From Octopus vulgaris (taxonomy: Eukaryota): 64,000 bases of DNA. Below the pieces are notes generated by a model that was not told the DNA's origin, did no database searches, and worked only from the letters and a program-made list of their open reading frames with translations. The first letter of the stretch is position 1, and the number at the start of each line of letters is the position of its first letter. Positions 1 to 13,389 of this stretch are shown one piece after another. A program made the position numbers and the translations under genes. The DNA is taken from positions 131,192,001-131,256,000 of the forward strand of contig OX597815.1 in NCBI GenBank assembly GCA_951406725.2, read 5' to 3'.

Positions 1-134
1 AAAAGCCACAAAAAGCACTAACTCAATGAGTTGACAAATGAGAGGAAGCGAGAAATGCACCTTACCTTAGTAAGATCAAATTCACAAATGAAATAATAGA
101 TATATCATTGAGTTAGTGCTTTTTGTGGCTTTTT
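1..134. repeat. Fold-back (inverted repeat) element next to (TA)n, cut by the window edge
   Basis: AAAAGCCACAAAAAGCACTAACTCAATGA (1-29) is the reverse complement of TCATTGAGTTAGTGCTTTTTGTGGCTTTT (~105-133). Confidence 0.7.
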
Positions 135-168
135 GAGTTGTTTTGACTCTTGTTTCTAGCAATGCTGG

Positions 169-230
<62 letters not shown>

Positions 231-233
<3 letters not shown>

Positions 234-426
234 CTATGATAGATCGCTAGCCACTACACATTCTTTATTTTCTCTCTTTGTTTCTGTCTGTGTTCCTTTC
301 TGTGGAAGAGCGTGGGCTCGAAACGTTAAAGACTTTATTCCCTTCTCGAACGTTAAACTAATACATCTGTTTGTTGTCTACACCATCCGTCTTCGACTTT
401 TGATGCTTTTTGTGAATTCTTCTCAT
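231..426 (+). mobile_element. 3' end (pLTR) fragment of a Neptune-type PLE in (TA)n, with degenerate hammerhead-like motif
   Basis: Homologous to 31853-32035, which lies at the 3' end of a GIY-YIG-coding PLE fragment. Contains GAGCGTGGGCTC-GAAACGTTA. (TA)n on both sides. Confidence 0.7.
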
Positions 427-431
427 TATAT

Positions 432-500
<69 letters not shown>

Positions 501-1356
501 TACACATGTGTGCGTTTGTTAGTGTATATACGTACGTATTGTGTATGTCTGCATGTCTGCTGGAGAGCTGAGTATGCTAATTAAGAAATATCATGTGAAC
601 AGATGATGCATACTGGATATAGCGAAAGAAAAGACACAGCGAGGAAGCAGCATACCTGTAGGGCAAAGATCTTATTAATTTTTTCTCAACAAATTAAAGT
701 ACATTTTCTTGGCATTCTGCGTTTGGTTTGATAGTAAGACATGGTTTAACACTTCCTCAAGAGCTTGAGAAGAATTTGAATATGCTAACTCAATACACAT
801 GAAGTTTAAATGTTATACGATGTATATTAAGAATGTATAAATAAATGTTGCTTGAAATGACTCCTTTCTGCTGTTTGGAGACATAAAAAGCATCTTGTGT
901 GTAAGAAAGATACACAGTGTATTTTAGTTTTGAGTCTGATGTCAGACAACTATTAGCTTGTAAATATCTTTGGTAAGTTTAGTTTTTGTATTTAGTTGGC
1001 AAGATTATGTGTTGAAACAGATTTTATTTTATCTCGGGAGGGTCATTATGCCAATAATAAACACACGCACTGGTTCTATTTCACTGCTTTTATCAGTTAA
1101 TTGGTTTCAACATTTAGCCAATTAACTAATCGATTTTTGGATTAGTCGTTCGGTCAAACCCAATCAGCTCAGTTTGCCAAAGTCCTTTCGTCGCTATCTG
1201 CAACACCATCAATGACATGCCCTCTCTACTTCGACCTGAAGTAGAGAGGGCAAGTCATTGATGAGATCGCGAATGACACGAAAGCACTTTGTAAAAATCT
1301 AGCTGATTGATTGAATAATTAACTGAATAATTAAGCAATCGATTAGGCCAAGTAAT

Positions 1357-1473
1357 TGAATGATAATAATAGCAATAATAATAATAATAATAATAATAAT
1401 GATGATGATGATAATGATGATAATAATAATAATGATGATGATGATGATAATAATAATAATAATGATAATGATG

Positions 1474-1541
<68 letters not shown>
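1357..1541. repeat. (TAA)n/(TGA)n microsatellite
   Basis: Direct observation; explains the poly-I/N ORFs. Confidence 0.95.
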
Positions 1542-1542
<1 letters not shown>

Positions 1543-1574
1543 GTGCCTAATGTTTGACGTGGCAGTGCCAAGAG

Positions 1575-1899
1575 ATCAACATATCATCGTAAAAGAAAGA
1601 GAAAAGGTTGATAAATATGGAGACCTGAGAATTAAGATCGCTAAGATGTGACAGCTACGAGTGTAAAACTTAAAGGTTATTCCTATTGTCATCGAAGCAT
1701 TGGGTTCAATACTACCCAGCTTGAAAAAACATCTGGAAACTTTAGAAATACCCTATAATCTAGGTGTATTACAAAAGTCGGCATTACGTATTGCGTAAAG
1801 TACTGTCTATCTGAGGTACTTGTTGTGACTTGACAAACAGAACAATAGACACAATATCTTCAATAAACAACCTCACGATATTGTATACTGTACGACGTC

Positions 1900-1955
<56 letters not shown>
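1575..1955 (+). mobile_element. 3' fragment of an RLE-type (Dong/R4-like) non-LTR retrotransposon with (TAA)n tail
   Basis: Translates to ..KVDKYGDLRIKIAKM..KVIPIVIEALGSI..LQKSAL (C-terminus of a restriction-like endonuclease); ends in (TAA)n. Confidence 0.75.
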
Positions 1956-1956
<1 letters not shown>

Positions 1957-1957
<1 letters not shown>

Positions 1958-2377
1958 CTTGTCAGTTGTTTGACCGTAACCAGTTGAGCATGTCCCTTAG
2001 TGGCTGACGATATGTGCATCTCTGATCACGAGCAGAAGTAGTGGGGGAGCATCATAGCCATGTGTTGAGAAGGATTCTTTGGGGTTTGAATAATTCACCT
2101 CTGGAAACATGGGTGTTTCGTTCAACGTCCTTAAACAACCCTTATTCAGGGACCTTTTGAGCGGGATGGGTTACTCGATCTGAAGAAAATTCTAACTGGG
2201 CTCCACCTGCAAGGTCATGTGCTGTTTATCTTGATATGAGATCACCATATCGCGCACATATGGTTGTGATGCATGTGCCTGGTGTACCCTTATCAGACGG
2301 TTAGTCATGATGGGTATACTGGGCTTCGTATATTTTACCCCAGTGTCACTTTGATGGCATACTCTGCTCGCTCACTC

Positions 2378-2378
<1 letters not shown>
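1957..2378 (+). mobile_element. Non-coding insert between (TAA)n arrays, probably the 3' UTR or a non-autonomous derivative of a TAA-targeting LINE
   Basis: About 420 bp of complex sequence bounded by (TAA)n on both sides; no ORF. Confidence 0.45.
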
Positions 2379-2429
<51 letters not shown>

Positions 2430-2464
2430 GTAATGATGATAATGATAATGATTATTATTATGAC

Positions 2465-4640
2465 TAGATGGAGAACAGTACCCCTCATGAAAGACAAAAG
2501 CAAGGGTAATACTGCTTGCAATTATAGATCCACCACCTGATTACTATTAGTGTGGAAGCTGTTAGCAGGAAAGCTTTCAGAAAGCATTCTTGAGCACCTT
2601 GACAGCAAGAATTTGTTGCCAGAATAACAAAAAGGTTGCAGAAAGAAGACTAGAGTAACGCAAGATCTATTATACATAGACAAAGCAGTTCGAAATTAAA
2701 TAAAATATAGAAAGAAATATTGAACAATAACATAGATACATTATAAGAAAGCCTATGACATGATACCACATTCGTGGATAAGTGAATGTTTGAGTATATT
2801 CAATATTGCAGACAACATAGAATTAATTAGGTTTAGCATGAAGAAATGGGAAGTTGATCTCTACTCAGGTGACACAGCATTAGGGAAAGTTAATACCAAG
2901 AGAAGAATTTTGCAGAGACACGTTACCCATTTAATATTTGTTTTATGCTTAATCCTCCTCAGTTTTGTATTAAGGAAGACAAAGGCAGTTCAGAAATAGT
3001 ATAGGAAAAATTAACCCTTTGCTCTGCATGGATGATCTGAAGCTTTTTAGTAAGAATTCCTTAATACAAAATGTAAGACTCTTCAATAAAGGTATAGGCA
3101 TGGAATTTGGCATAGATAAGCGTGCAATATTAGTCATGAGAAGAGGACAGGTTATCAACAGTGAAGGCATCCGATTACCAGATGGCCATACATTAAAATC
3201 ACTAAAAATATCTAGGAGTATTAGAATCTGGCCGAGTACTAACTATTGAAATGAAAACAAAAATTGAGAAGGAGGATATCAGTAGGGTGAGGAAGTTAAT
3301 GAAGTCAAAGGTAGATGGCCTGAATCCAGTGAAGTTTTATATTCTAGTATTGGATACATAATATAACGGAGCAGGGGGAAAATGTATACATGATGCTCTA
3401 CTATTAATATAACACGAAACTCAACGCTCTATATCTAAGGAGTACATCAGAAGGGTGAGGAAGCTAATGAAGTCAAAGCTAGACGGCCCGAATCTAGTGA
3501 AGGTTGTAACTACTTGATCAGTGTCGTTACTTAGATACTCTGTAGCTTTTGTAGATTGGACAAAATCTGAATTAACAAATCTAGACAGTAGGACTAGGAA
3601 GGAATTCAATTTGAATGGAGGACTTCACCCAAGAGCAGGAGTAGCAAGGTTATACTTACCCAGAATGGAAGGTGGGAAAGGGTTAACATTAGAAGAAGAC
3701 TGCGTAGAGTAAGCTAGAGTAGATATAGCCTCCTATGTAGGTAATAGTAAAGAAAGTTTATTACGAATTGCTAGAGTCACAGTAGGACATAAGGAAACCA
3801 AAAAGCCAAATGAAGTTAAAAACCAGAAAAAGAAGCAAGGTTATCTGACTGGCAAGAGAAGGCTTTGAATGGTAGATTCCCAAAGATACGTACAGGGAAC
3901 AGTAATTGTGAGATATAGTTATAGAAAACGAAGCTAGAAAGTTTGTTAGTAGCAACACAAGATCAAGCATTGGGGACTAATCGGATAAAAAACACGATAG
4001 ACAAAAACCAGGTAGATTCGCAATATAGGCTATGTAAATCAAAAGAGGAAAGTGTTACTCATATAGTAAGTGAATGTAGCATGCTGGCACAGAAAAAATA
4101 CAAGAAAAGACATGATAACCTAGGAAGAGTAATCCTCTGGGAGATTTGTAGAAACCTAGGATTTCGCCATACTGATAAATGGTGTGAACATGAACCTAGA
4201 ATAGTACTAAAGAGTAAGAAATATAAGATGTTGCGGGACATTAACATTCAGACGGACAGAGTAATAGAAGCTAGAAGGCCTGAGAGAATAGAAATAATTG
4301 ACTCTGTAGTCCTGAATGATGAGACAGTCAATATGAGGGGTGCAGAGAAAATAGCAAAGTACCAGGACCTAGGCATTGAGTTACAAAGACTATGGAAAGT
4401 GCAGGTAGAATGTAGTTATAGGTGCATTGGGAAGTATCCCCAACGATTTAAACTTATGAATAGAGAAAATAAGCATAAACTCTAGTTTAGTACAGCTCCA
4501 GAAAACGGTGTTATTAGAGACAGCTAGAATAATTAGGAAGGTCATTGGCATCTAAGGTTATTTGCTGTGGCCCGCTGCTAGGAACGTTTCTTTTCCAACA
4601 GTCTAACATGTTGTGCTTATATGAAATAATAATAATAACG

Positions 4641-4696
<56 letters not shown>

Positions 4697-4712
4697 GATA
4701 ATAATAATAATA
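2465..4712 (+). pseudogene. 5'-truncated, decayed Dong/R4-like LINE (RT + CCHC + RLE) with (TAA)n tail
   Basis: YKKAYDMIPHSWI, MDDLKLF, GMEFGIDK, RLYLPRMEGGKGL, RLCKSKEESVTHIVSECS, KRHDNLG, KIAKYQDLGIELQRLWK across several frames with stops and frameshifts. Confidence 0.88.
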
Positions 4713-5744
4713 AAAGTAGTAAAATAGAACATGTGCGTGTTTATTATTAGGATAATGACCATACTACAATAATCAAATTCTATAGAATAGTCTTGCATTA
4801 AGTAGAATTAAATTGTTTGTGTAGAGGACATTGAAAGCAAATGGTCTAAAGGATTGAACACTCTAAAATAAAACCGGTCATATTTACAGAGCTGCTATAC
4901 ATCTGAATCAACAGCAACCCAACTGTCAGTAGCTTATTTAAACTTTTAGCTAGTTTTTGTCAGTTTTAATGATAAATCTTACAGCTTTTTAAATCCAATA
5001 TACTAAGTAAGAAAATGTTTTCTTTAACTCCATAATCTAAGTCATTAGGGTTAGAATGTATGATGTTAGCATTGCTTATTGTAGGATTGTGAATACATTC
5101 TTTCTGCTAACGCAATTCTAATGTTCAAAGTTTAGATACTTTAAAGAAGGAACAAAAGGAAAGTAAAACCATATGTTAGGTATGTTAGACCACATAAAGA
5201 GTGAAAGGAAGGAAGACGTGCGGCAGCAGGAAACTGTACAAAGAAAGAAGGCAAATAGTTAGAGGTTAAGTTTATCTATTGAGAAGAGAAGCTGTAAGAC
5301 AGAGTTTTATATAATGATTTGTATCAAGATGTTAGGAAAATAAGAGGCAGGTTTGAAAAGATATTAACACGCTTCTTCTTAGTACTTGAAATATTTTAGA
5401 CAAATGACTTCAGGAAAATAGTATTGACGGGTATGAAGAAAGGAATCTCAAAGTAGTTGTGCATTGGATGAATTTAAAATCAAGTAAGAAACTTTGAATT
5501 TAAGGTGTACCATACTCATGTAAAGAAAAGTTCCAACAGACTCGAAGCAATAATCTTCTTAGTCTCTTAATTATGATTTATAAGTTCTGTCTTCTGTTAC
5601 CATAATTAATTATTCAGATGGTGCTAATAATCACATAACACTTAAAGTTGAAGCAGGTTGAAAGTTTAAAGAAGTGTTTCTTTTGATAGAATCCAAGAGG
5701 AATTTATAATACAAAGATCAAACTATGATGATCATGTCTTTAAT

Positions 5745-6131
5745 CTTTTCTATTCTTGGCACAAGGCCCGAAAATTTTGGAGAGGCGGGGGCCAGTCGAT
5801 TAGATCGACCCCGGGATGCAACTGGTACTTAATTTATCGACTGAAAGGATGAAAGGCAAAATCGATCTCGGCGGAAATTGAGCTCAGAACGAAATACCTA
5901 TTTCTTTACTACCCACAAGGGGCTAAACACAGAGGGAACAAACAAGGACAGACAAACGGATTAAGTCGATTATATCGACCCCAGTGCGTAACTAGTACTT
6001 ATTTAAACGACCCGGAAAGGATGAAAGGCAAAGTCGACCTCGGCGGAATTTGAACTCAAAACGTAAAGACAGACGAAATATCGCTAAGCATTTCGCCCGG
6101 TGCGCTAACGTCTTCGCCAGCTCGCTGCTTT
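5745..6131 (-). mobile_element. tRNA-derived SINE, family A (with partial internal duplication)
   Basis: Reverse complement of GGCGAGCTGGC..GAGTTCAAATTCCGCCGAGGTCGACTTTGCCTTTCATCCTTTC; many copies in the window. Confidence 0.85.
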
Positions 6132-6189
6132 GATATTGTGGAGATATTTCCTCTTTAAAATAATCAATTTATTTAGGCATAAGTCAAGA

Positions 6190-6540
6190 AGCTGGCTTTG
6201 CACCCACATAGCTCTTGGTTCAGTCCCAATAGCTTCGTGTACAGTGCTACTTTGTCACTGAATTTGGTTGACGAAAACTGTATGACAAACTGTCGTGTAA
6301 TATGTATATATGCATGTGTGAATGTGTGTGTGTATGTGTATGTTCTTGTCCCCCATCCACTGCTTCACTGCTGGTATTAGTTTGTTTACATCCCCGTAAC
6401 TGAACGGTTCGACAAAAGAAAGGTAGAATAAATACCAAACTTCAAAAAAGTACAGGAGTCAATTTGTTCGACTAAAACCTTCAAGACGGTGCTCCTGCGT
6501 GACCGCTGTCCAATTGTGGAAACATGTAAATGATAAAAAA
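6190..6540 (+). mobile_element. Diverged SINE family B with 3' module
   Basis: GGTTCAGTCCCA B-box-like motif; 3' part similar to the reverse complement of 10720-10935 and 63320-63530. Confidence 0.55.
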
Positions 6541-7044
6541 TTAATTATCTATTAATTATCAATTGGTATAGATATTACTTTATTTTATTAATCAGATAGA
6601 AAGTGTTTTTGCATCATTCTAGTTTAAATAAAATTAAACAACATGATTTTGATATCATTGTTGTCATTTCATTATTACATGTCCATGATGGTTTATAAGA
6701 TATCGAGGTTAACCACAACTCAATATAGACATACTTATATCACAAATGTTTCCTAAATCAAATCTAATATGAAATGACCTCGTATACAACTAATCAGAAA
6801 GAGTAGCATTGATTTGGTGTTGAATGGTGAATGGGCGAGAGAATGGAGGAAAGAATGAACTATAACATTCATCAGGTAATTAATTGAACCATAGATATAA
6901 ATTGATACAGCTTCAATCAGAAATCACACTTGTGTATTGTGTATTCTTCACAATACAAACACTGTACATTCATTTCAAAATAATCACCTCAAAGGTAAAT
7001 ATTCAACATTTCAATATTTTCTGTTTAGCATTTGATTTTTAATG

Positions 7045-7345
7045 ATAGAAATATTAAAATTACTAAGTCTCTCTAAAAGAGATTACGGCAGCGTTACTGG
7101 AAATTAATTGTTATCGCCATATTAATATGGCAGTCTTATAGATATAAGACTAAAGCTGTCGCTGATTAGCTCCATGAGGCCATCGCCTTAAGCTAGCTAT
7201 TTGATACACAAACTGTATCCACTATAACATTCGAACAAGGGAGGTCAGCCGCTTCACACTGCCAGTTAGACAGCTACAGACGCGTTTCAGGGTATTTGCC
7301 CTTTGTCAATGTAGCGTAGTCAGACCCAGCAGGTGTCGCCACTGA
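7045..7345 (-). mobile_element. Non-autonomous hammerhead-carrying element (family 3)
   Basis: 7045-7180 matches the reverse complement of 14002-14140; contains a hammerhead fold at 7273-7315. Confidence 0.7.
7273..7315 (-). ncRNA. Minimal type I hammerhead ribozyme with degenerate core
   Basis: Minus strand GCTACA-TTGACAA-AGGG caaata CCCT-GAAAC GC GTC-TGTAGC. Stems I, II and palindromic III are intact; the core differs from CUGANGA at two positions. Confidence 0.7.
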
Positions 7346-7601
7346 TCGTCTCTGTTCGAAGGTTTTATTTACCTAGTTTCGGTGGAATACATCCATTTGT
7401 TTTCAATAATAATAATTTGTTTTTTTAGATGAATTTAATTGCTACTTATTTAACAATTATTTTATAGTTAAGTCTAAAACTTATTTAACCGAATTAACGA
7501 CAGCGACCAAATTTACCAATTTGAAATAACTCCCTTACGCTCATAAGTTAATTATACGTTTTTAACTTTCTAAGCTCTGATATATATACATATACATATA
7601 C

Positions 7602-7683
<82 letters not shown>

Positions 7684-7820
7684 GTGTGTGTATATATTTG
7701 TATATATATATATGTATATATATGTGTATATATATGTATACATATATGTATATATATACGTATATATATATATGTATATATATATATATGTATATATATA
7801 TATGAATATATATATATATC

Positions 7821-7917
<97 letters not shown>

Positions 7918-7918
<1 letters not shown>

Positions 7919-8915
7919 ACTCGGTATAAGTGGTATTTTTGGACTCCGCAAAGGCGTTTGACTCCGTTAATCAAGCATACAAGATTCACCCATTGGTGAC
8001 TTCGTGGATTTTTTCCTTCCTGTGCCATCGAACCTTTGGGGTGCAGATAAATGGAGATCTCTCCGTGGAGACGAATACCTGCAGTGGCGTTCCCCAGGGG
8101 TCGATGCTGAGGCCAATGCTTTTCCTTCTCTATATCAATGACCTACCAGATTTTTGTGATGGAAGAGTCAAACTTGTACTAGGAATCAGTATGAAATACT
8201 CCAACCGTCGCTGAACCGAGCTTGGAATTGGACGAAAGAATGGGATCTGCTCTTGAACGCCTCAGAATGCAGCCGTTTATCAATAAGCTCACCTCCAAAC
8301 TCCCCCTTGACTATTGGCCTCAAACACCAACATTTATAAGATGGTCACTGAAGAAAAGATCTCGGCATAATGATCGATACCACTTTCAAACCAAAACGGC
8401 AGTGTATCGAGGCAGCGAACAAAGCCAGAAGGAATCTTTTCCTCATCCGCCGGTCTTTTGTCAACCTTTCAATGGACGTCTTTCGGTGTTAATACGTCAC
8501 TCTAGTTAGACCCATCCTAGAATATTACATCCAGGCCTCAAACCCTTATCTCCAGAAAGACATTCAGCATCTGGAACGGGTTCAGCGCTTAGCCAACTGA
8601 ATGGTCGCGGATTTCTCTAAGCTTACGTATCAGGAACGTCTCCAAGGGCTGGCATTACCTTCACTCGAAGGACGGAGGATGCAAGGAGATCTCATCCTAG
8701 CTTTCAACATCTTCAACTCAACAGGCGGAAGGCCGCATTCTCAGTCTGTATCGCAGCCCCGTGTAACAAGCTACCACAAAATGTCATTCAACTCTTCTGT
8801 TCAAAGTGGCCCTGGGCAACTGTGGCGACCATCTATAAACTGTATATAACAATAACTGTTTTGTTTTTTGTTTTTTACATGGCTTAAGCATATTGTGCTC
8901 TTCCCCTGCCTATAA
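7918..8915 (+). pseudogene. CR1/L2-clade LINE RT and 3' fragment
   Basis: [57 protein letters not shown]. Confidence 0.85.
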
Positions 8916-8925
8916 ATTTGATTTG

Positions 8926-8959
<34 letters not shown>

Positions 8960-8960
<1 letters not shown>

Positions 8961-9121
8961 GACAGACATCTTTCAGTTTCCGTTTATGAAATCCACTTAC
9001 AAGACTTTGGTTGGTTCGAAGCTGTAGTTTAAAGGACTTGAGCAAAGTGCTATGCAGTGAGACTGAACCCGGAACCATGCGGTTGGGAAGCAAACATCTT
9101 GACTCACACTGACGCGTGCAC
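8960..9121 (-). mobile_element. SINE family B (tRNA head + CORE-like segment)
   Basis: TCAGTTTCCGT..AAATCCACT..ACTGAACCCGGAACCATG.GGTTGGGAAGC shared with 10955-11100, 13390-13525 and 63590-63705. Confidence 0.8.
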
Positions 9122-9272
9122 CTATACATACATGCACATACATACATACATATACATACATACATACATACATACATACATACAAACATACATACATACA
9201 TACATGCATACATACAAACGTGCGTGTGTGTGTGTATATGTAAATGTATGAATATAGATGCATATACATATA

Positions 9273-9309
<37 letters not shown>

Positions 9310-9726
9310 TCGAAAGCTGTAACAATGCGACGGAGCGCATCGTGACCAGGGTTGTACAACCACATCCGGTAGTCAGGTCAATACAGTGATATATAATATA
9401 TATGTATATTATGTGTGTGTGTGTATGTATGTATGTATGTATGTATGAATGAATGCCATTATCTCCATTATTATAAAAAAACATTTCTAACCAAATAACA
9501 TAAAGAAAAACACCAGGGAACTAAAAAGAAAAGTAGCAATTAAAATGTACCAGAATGTCGTGATAAGTTTTTGAATCACTTTTTTTTTTTTAAAAAAAGA
9601 ACTTCATTTCTAGTAACTCATTTCAGAAAATATTTTTTGATACAGCTGTGGTTTGAATATATAAAGATACGACGTAGTAAAAATATAAGAAAAGTAACAA
9701 CAAAACAGAAAAAAAAGTGTGACAAA

Positions 9727-9810
9727 AGAAGAAGAAGAAGAAGAAGAAGAAGAAGAAGAAGAAGAAGAAGAAGAAGAAGAAGAAGAAGAAGAAGAAGAAG
9801 AAGAAGAAGA
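9727..9810. repeat. (GAA)n microsatellite
   Basis: Direct observation. Confidence 0.95.
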
Positions 9811-10189
9811 GGAGAAAATAGTCGTGGTAGTAGTAATCTAAAGTAAAGATTGTGAATATCATTGCTAGTATGATTTTTTGCAAGTGGAAATTTAGTAGAA
9901 ACATCTACCTCATTGAGACTGAAATCTTTTTTACAGTGTATCGTCATAAAGACTTGAACTGATAATAAAATTTCTGACACACAAACACACACCTCTACAC
10001 ACACACACAAGTCACATGTTAAACTGTCTACCGAAACCACGCCCTTATTTCCCCAGTTCTCTTTGTAGTTCCTTTCTCATCATCTCTCTCTCTTACCAGT
10101 ATCTGCTAGATTTTCCTCTATTATCTGGAGAAGGACTATATCTGAAACGTTGCACCTTTCCATTCTTTCTTCAGCGTCAAAATAATAAT

Positions 10190-10622
10190 ATTCTTTCTTT
10201 ACTTTTGATGCAAGGCTCAAACTTTTTTTGGGAGGAAGCCAATCGATTAGATCGACAGCAGTGCACAACTGGTACTTAATTTATTCACCCCGAAAAGATG
10301 AAAGGCGGAATTTGAACTCAGAACGTAAAGGCAGACGAAATACCGCTAAGCATTTCGCCCAGCATGCTAACTTTTCTGTCGGCTCGCCGCCTTGTCAAAC
10401 TAATATTCTTTTCTACGCTGGGCACAAAGCCCGAAATTTTTTGGGAGGGGGGCAGTCGATTAGATCGACCCAAGTACGCAACTGGTACTTATTTTATCGA
10501 CCTCGAAAGGATGAAAGGCGAAGTCGACCTCGGCGGAATTTGAACTCAGAACGTAAAGGTAATCGAAATACCGCTATGCATTCCACCCGGCGTGCTAACG
10601 TTTCTACCAGCTCGCCACCCTG
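10190..10622 (-). mobile_element. Two tandem copies of SINE family A
   Basis: Two ~215-bp units, each ending GCTCGCC.C.TGTCAAACTAATA. Confidence 0.85.
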
Positions 10623-10719
10623 TCAAACTAATAATATTGACTGTACTTTTCGTTTTTTCTTTATTTGTATTTGCAGTTTGCTTTATGGTCACACACATAA
10701 GTATTTTTTATCTTCTATC

Positions 10720-11100
10720 TTTTACTTGTTTCAGTCATTAGACTGCGGCCATACTGGGGCACCGTTTTGAAGAATGTTAGTCAATCAGATCAACTCCAGT
10801 ACTTGTTGTTTAAAGTTTGGTAGTTGTTCTATCAATCTCTTTCGAAGAATCGCTGTTACAGGGACTTAAACACAGCAACACCAGCTGTGAAAGCTTTGGT
10901 GGGGACAAACACAGAGACAAAGACAAGCACATACACACATATATATATACAACGAGCTTCTTTCAGTTTCCCTCTACCAAATCCACTCACAAAACTTTGG
11001 TCAGCTCGAGGCTATAGTAGAAGGCACCCTAGGCCCTGCGCAGCGGGACTGAACCCGGAACCATGTGGTTGGGAAGCAAACTTTTTACCACTTATCCACG
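10720..11100 (-). mobile_element. SINE family B, near full length
   Basis: Similar to 63320-63705. Confidence 0.8.
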
Positions 11101-11104
11101 CGGC

Positions 11105-12240
11105 AGACTTTCGAGAAATCGTGGGAATGTGATCAAGAGGTGTGCTTGCTTCGTAGCTCTTGAAAAGGCATTTCTACGTAAGTATGGCATCGATGGACAG
11201 GTTCTTGTTGTCTTGAAGTCCCTATAAAAATGCCATAGTATTTGTGTTTGGATAAATGATGTTAAGTAGCAATCATTCAAAATGGATTTCGGACTCCACC
11301 AAAGGTGTGTACTGTTACCTCTCCTGTTCATAATCTTTAAGGACTGGATCGACAAGTGCAGCTGGGTTGGAAGTGGTACTGAAAACGACAGGTGTAGGAT
11401 CAGTCGGATGGAATTTGCGGACGGCATAGTACTACTCACCTGATCCGAATGTGATCTCTGACGCGCACTTTGTAGGTTTTCAGCCGACTGCTTCTCAACA
11501 GGAATGAACAGTAGTACTGCGAAGACAGATATTTGTCCTCCCAAGGAATCCTACATGTAAAGGGAGTTCCACTGAAGCAGGTTGAGAGGTTCCAGTATCT
11601 CGCAGCTATTTTTACGAGTGATGCAAGACAGGAGGTTGAATTAAGTACAAGATCTGCAGGAGTTGGCGCAGTAATGCACCAGCTTCAACATTCGGTCATC
11701 GAAAGAAGGGAAGTATGTGTAAAGGCGAAACTCGACATCTTTAATTTGGAGTTCGTGTCTACCCTTAGCGATGGTCATGAATCTTGGGCAATGACCGAAA
11801 GAATAAGATTGCGAATACAAGTGACCAAGATGGGGCTTCGTCGAAGGGTCTTTGGATTAACGTTACAAGATAGAGTGCGAAACTCGGACGTCAGAGGGCC
11901 ACTTCAGGCAGAACCACTGTTTCTCCGAATTGAGCGATCACAACTCTGAGACTACGGACATATTTTAAGAATATCCAGGGAAAGAATCCCTGAACAGGTT
12001 TTACAGGCAAAAAACAAAAAACAAAAACAAAACATAGTAATAAAAACTGGCAGGTGACTCAGGGGTGGAACACAAGCAAGCTGGTTGGATAAAATGATAA
12101 GCTCAGTTGGTCCCATTTGGGGAATCCGCCAGATTAAGTGGAGAAGGTTGCGTCTGACAAGACCTGATATGGAGGGCATGGTTGAGAGCTCTGCCCGACG
12201 ACCCTCCCAGGATTAGGTAGGCAAAGAAGTTGAGATGAGA
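11105..12240 (+). pseudogene. RTE-clade LINE 3' fragment
   Basis: FVALEKAF, GLHQRCVLLPLLF, FADGIVLL, LKQVERFQYL, WAMTERIRLRIQVTKMGLRRRV, IERSQL. Confidence 0.8.
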
Positions 12241-12242
12241 CA

Positions 12243-12344
<102 letters not shown>

Positions 12345-12345
12345 A

Positions 12346-12880
12346 ATCCATAATAATAAAGGGTAAAATTCATTAATTAATAGTTAATAATTTTACCAAG
12401 TAGTTCGGTATGTTAAAAGAACCATTATCGGTAAACTTATACATAAAATTTTATAATTATGAGTATAATTATAATTAGGGTTCAGTAAAAATTTGCTTCA
12501 CCACCTACCGAAATTTAGAAATAGCAGTTAAAACTTACTATTTCACTACTATAAGAAAATCTCCCAGATAGCAATACTCAACAACCCACGCAGGTAAAGA
12601 GAAAAAAAATAACGAATCCACCCGGCTTTGATTAACTGTGTACGCGTTTCGGAGTTAGAGAGATGTGAAAAATGTAAAATCATATTTCACACAATATCAT
12701 TCTCCTCTTCAGCACAGTAATTCAAGATTTTAAATTCAAAATTTTAAATTACGTATATATTAAATTCAAGATTTTAAATTATGTATAAGTTTACCGATAA
12801 TGGTTCTTTTAGCATACCGAACTAATTGGTAAAATTATTAATTATTAATTAATTAATTTTACTCTTTATTATTACGGATA
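12346..12880 (-). mobile_element. Fold-back PLE-derived element containing a canonical hammerhead
   Basis: Arms 12346-12450 and 12778-12880 are inverted copies; (TA)n on the left; related to 51207-51522. Confidence 0.75.
12628..12725 (-). ncRNA. Type I hammerhead ribozyme with canonical core and extended stem II
   Basis: Minus strand TTGAATTACTGTG-CTGAAGA-GGAG..CTCC-GAAAC GC GTA-CACAGTTAATCAA; predicted cleavage after GUA (12641/12640). Confidence 0.85.
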
Positions 12881-13389
12881 ATATAATTCTCTCCCTGATA
12901 GTAAACTACAGTTATTTCTGTAAAATTTTACTCGTCAGCACATGTGGGTGAGTGAGGAGGAATACGAGATCTCATTCGTCTGTTTGAATTCGAAAGTACT
13001 GGTCGTTAGATGTATGTTGTCTGATAAGCTATGTTTAATTTTTGCAGTGCACTCAAATTTAAAATTTTGAATTACTGTGCTGAAGAGGAGAATGATATAG
13101 AGGTTGAAAAGCCTCAGTGTTATCGAAAGTTCCTAGTTTAGAAAAAAAAGATAAGAGGCTTAGTGCTTCATTTTGTTTTTGAATATTGTGAACAATGTAA
13201 GAGGTTTGTTGCCACATGAATAATATAAGAGATCAATGTTCTCGGGAAAGAACGATCGGCGGGCGTCACTTTTTTCGCCATTTATCATCATTTTCATTTC
13301 TCATTTCATATAACATTATATCCGTGTCCAGCCCGCAGCTTCCTTTCTCTATATAAGGCCTTTATGGCCATTATAATGAAATAAAGACG

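Noticed and set aside
7570-8028. Poly-YI, poly-I/N, poly-HT/CV and YLSI ORFs throughout the track
   Set aside because: Translations of stop-free microsatellites.
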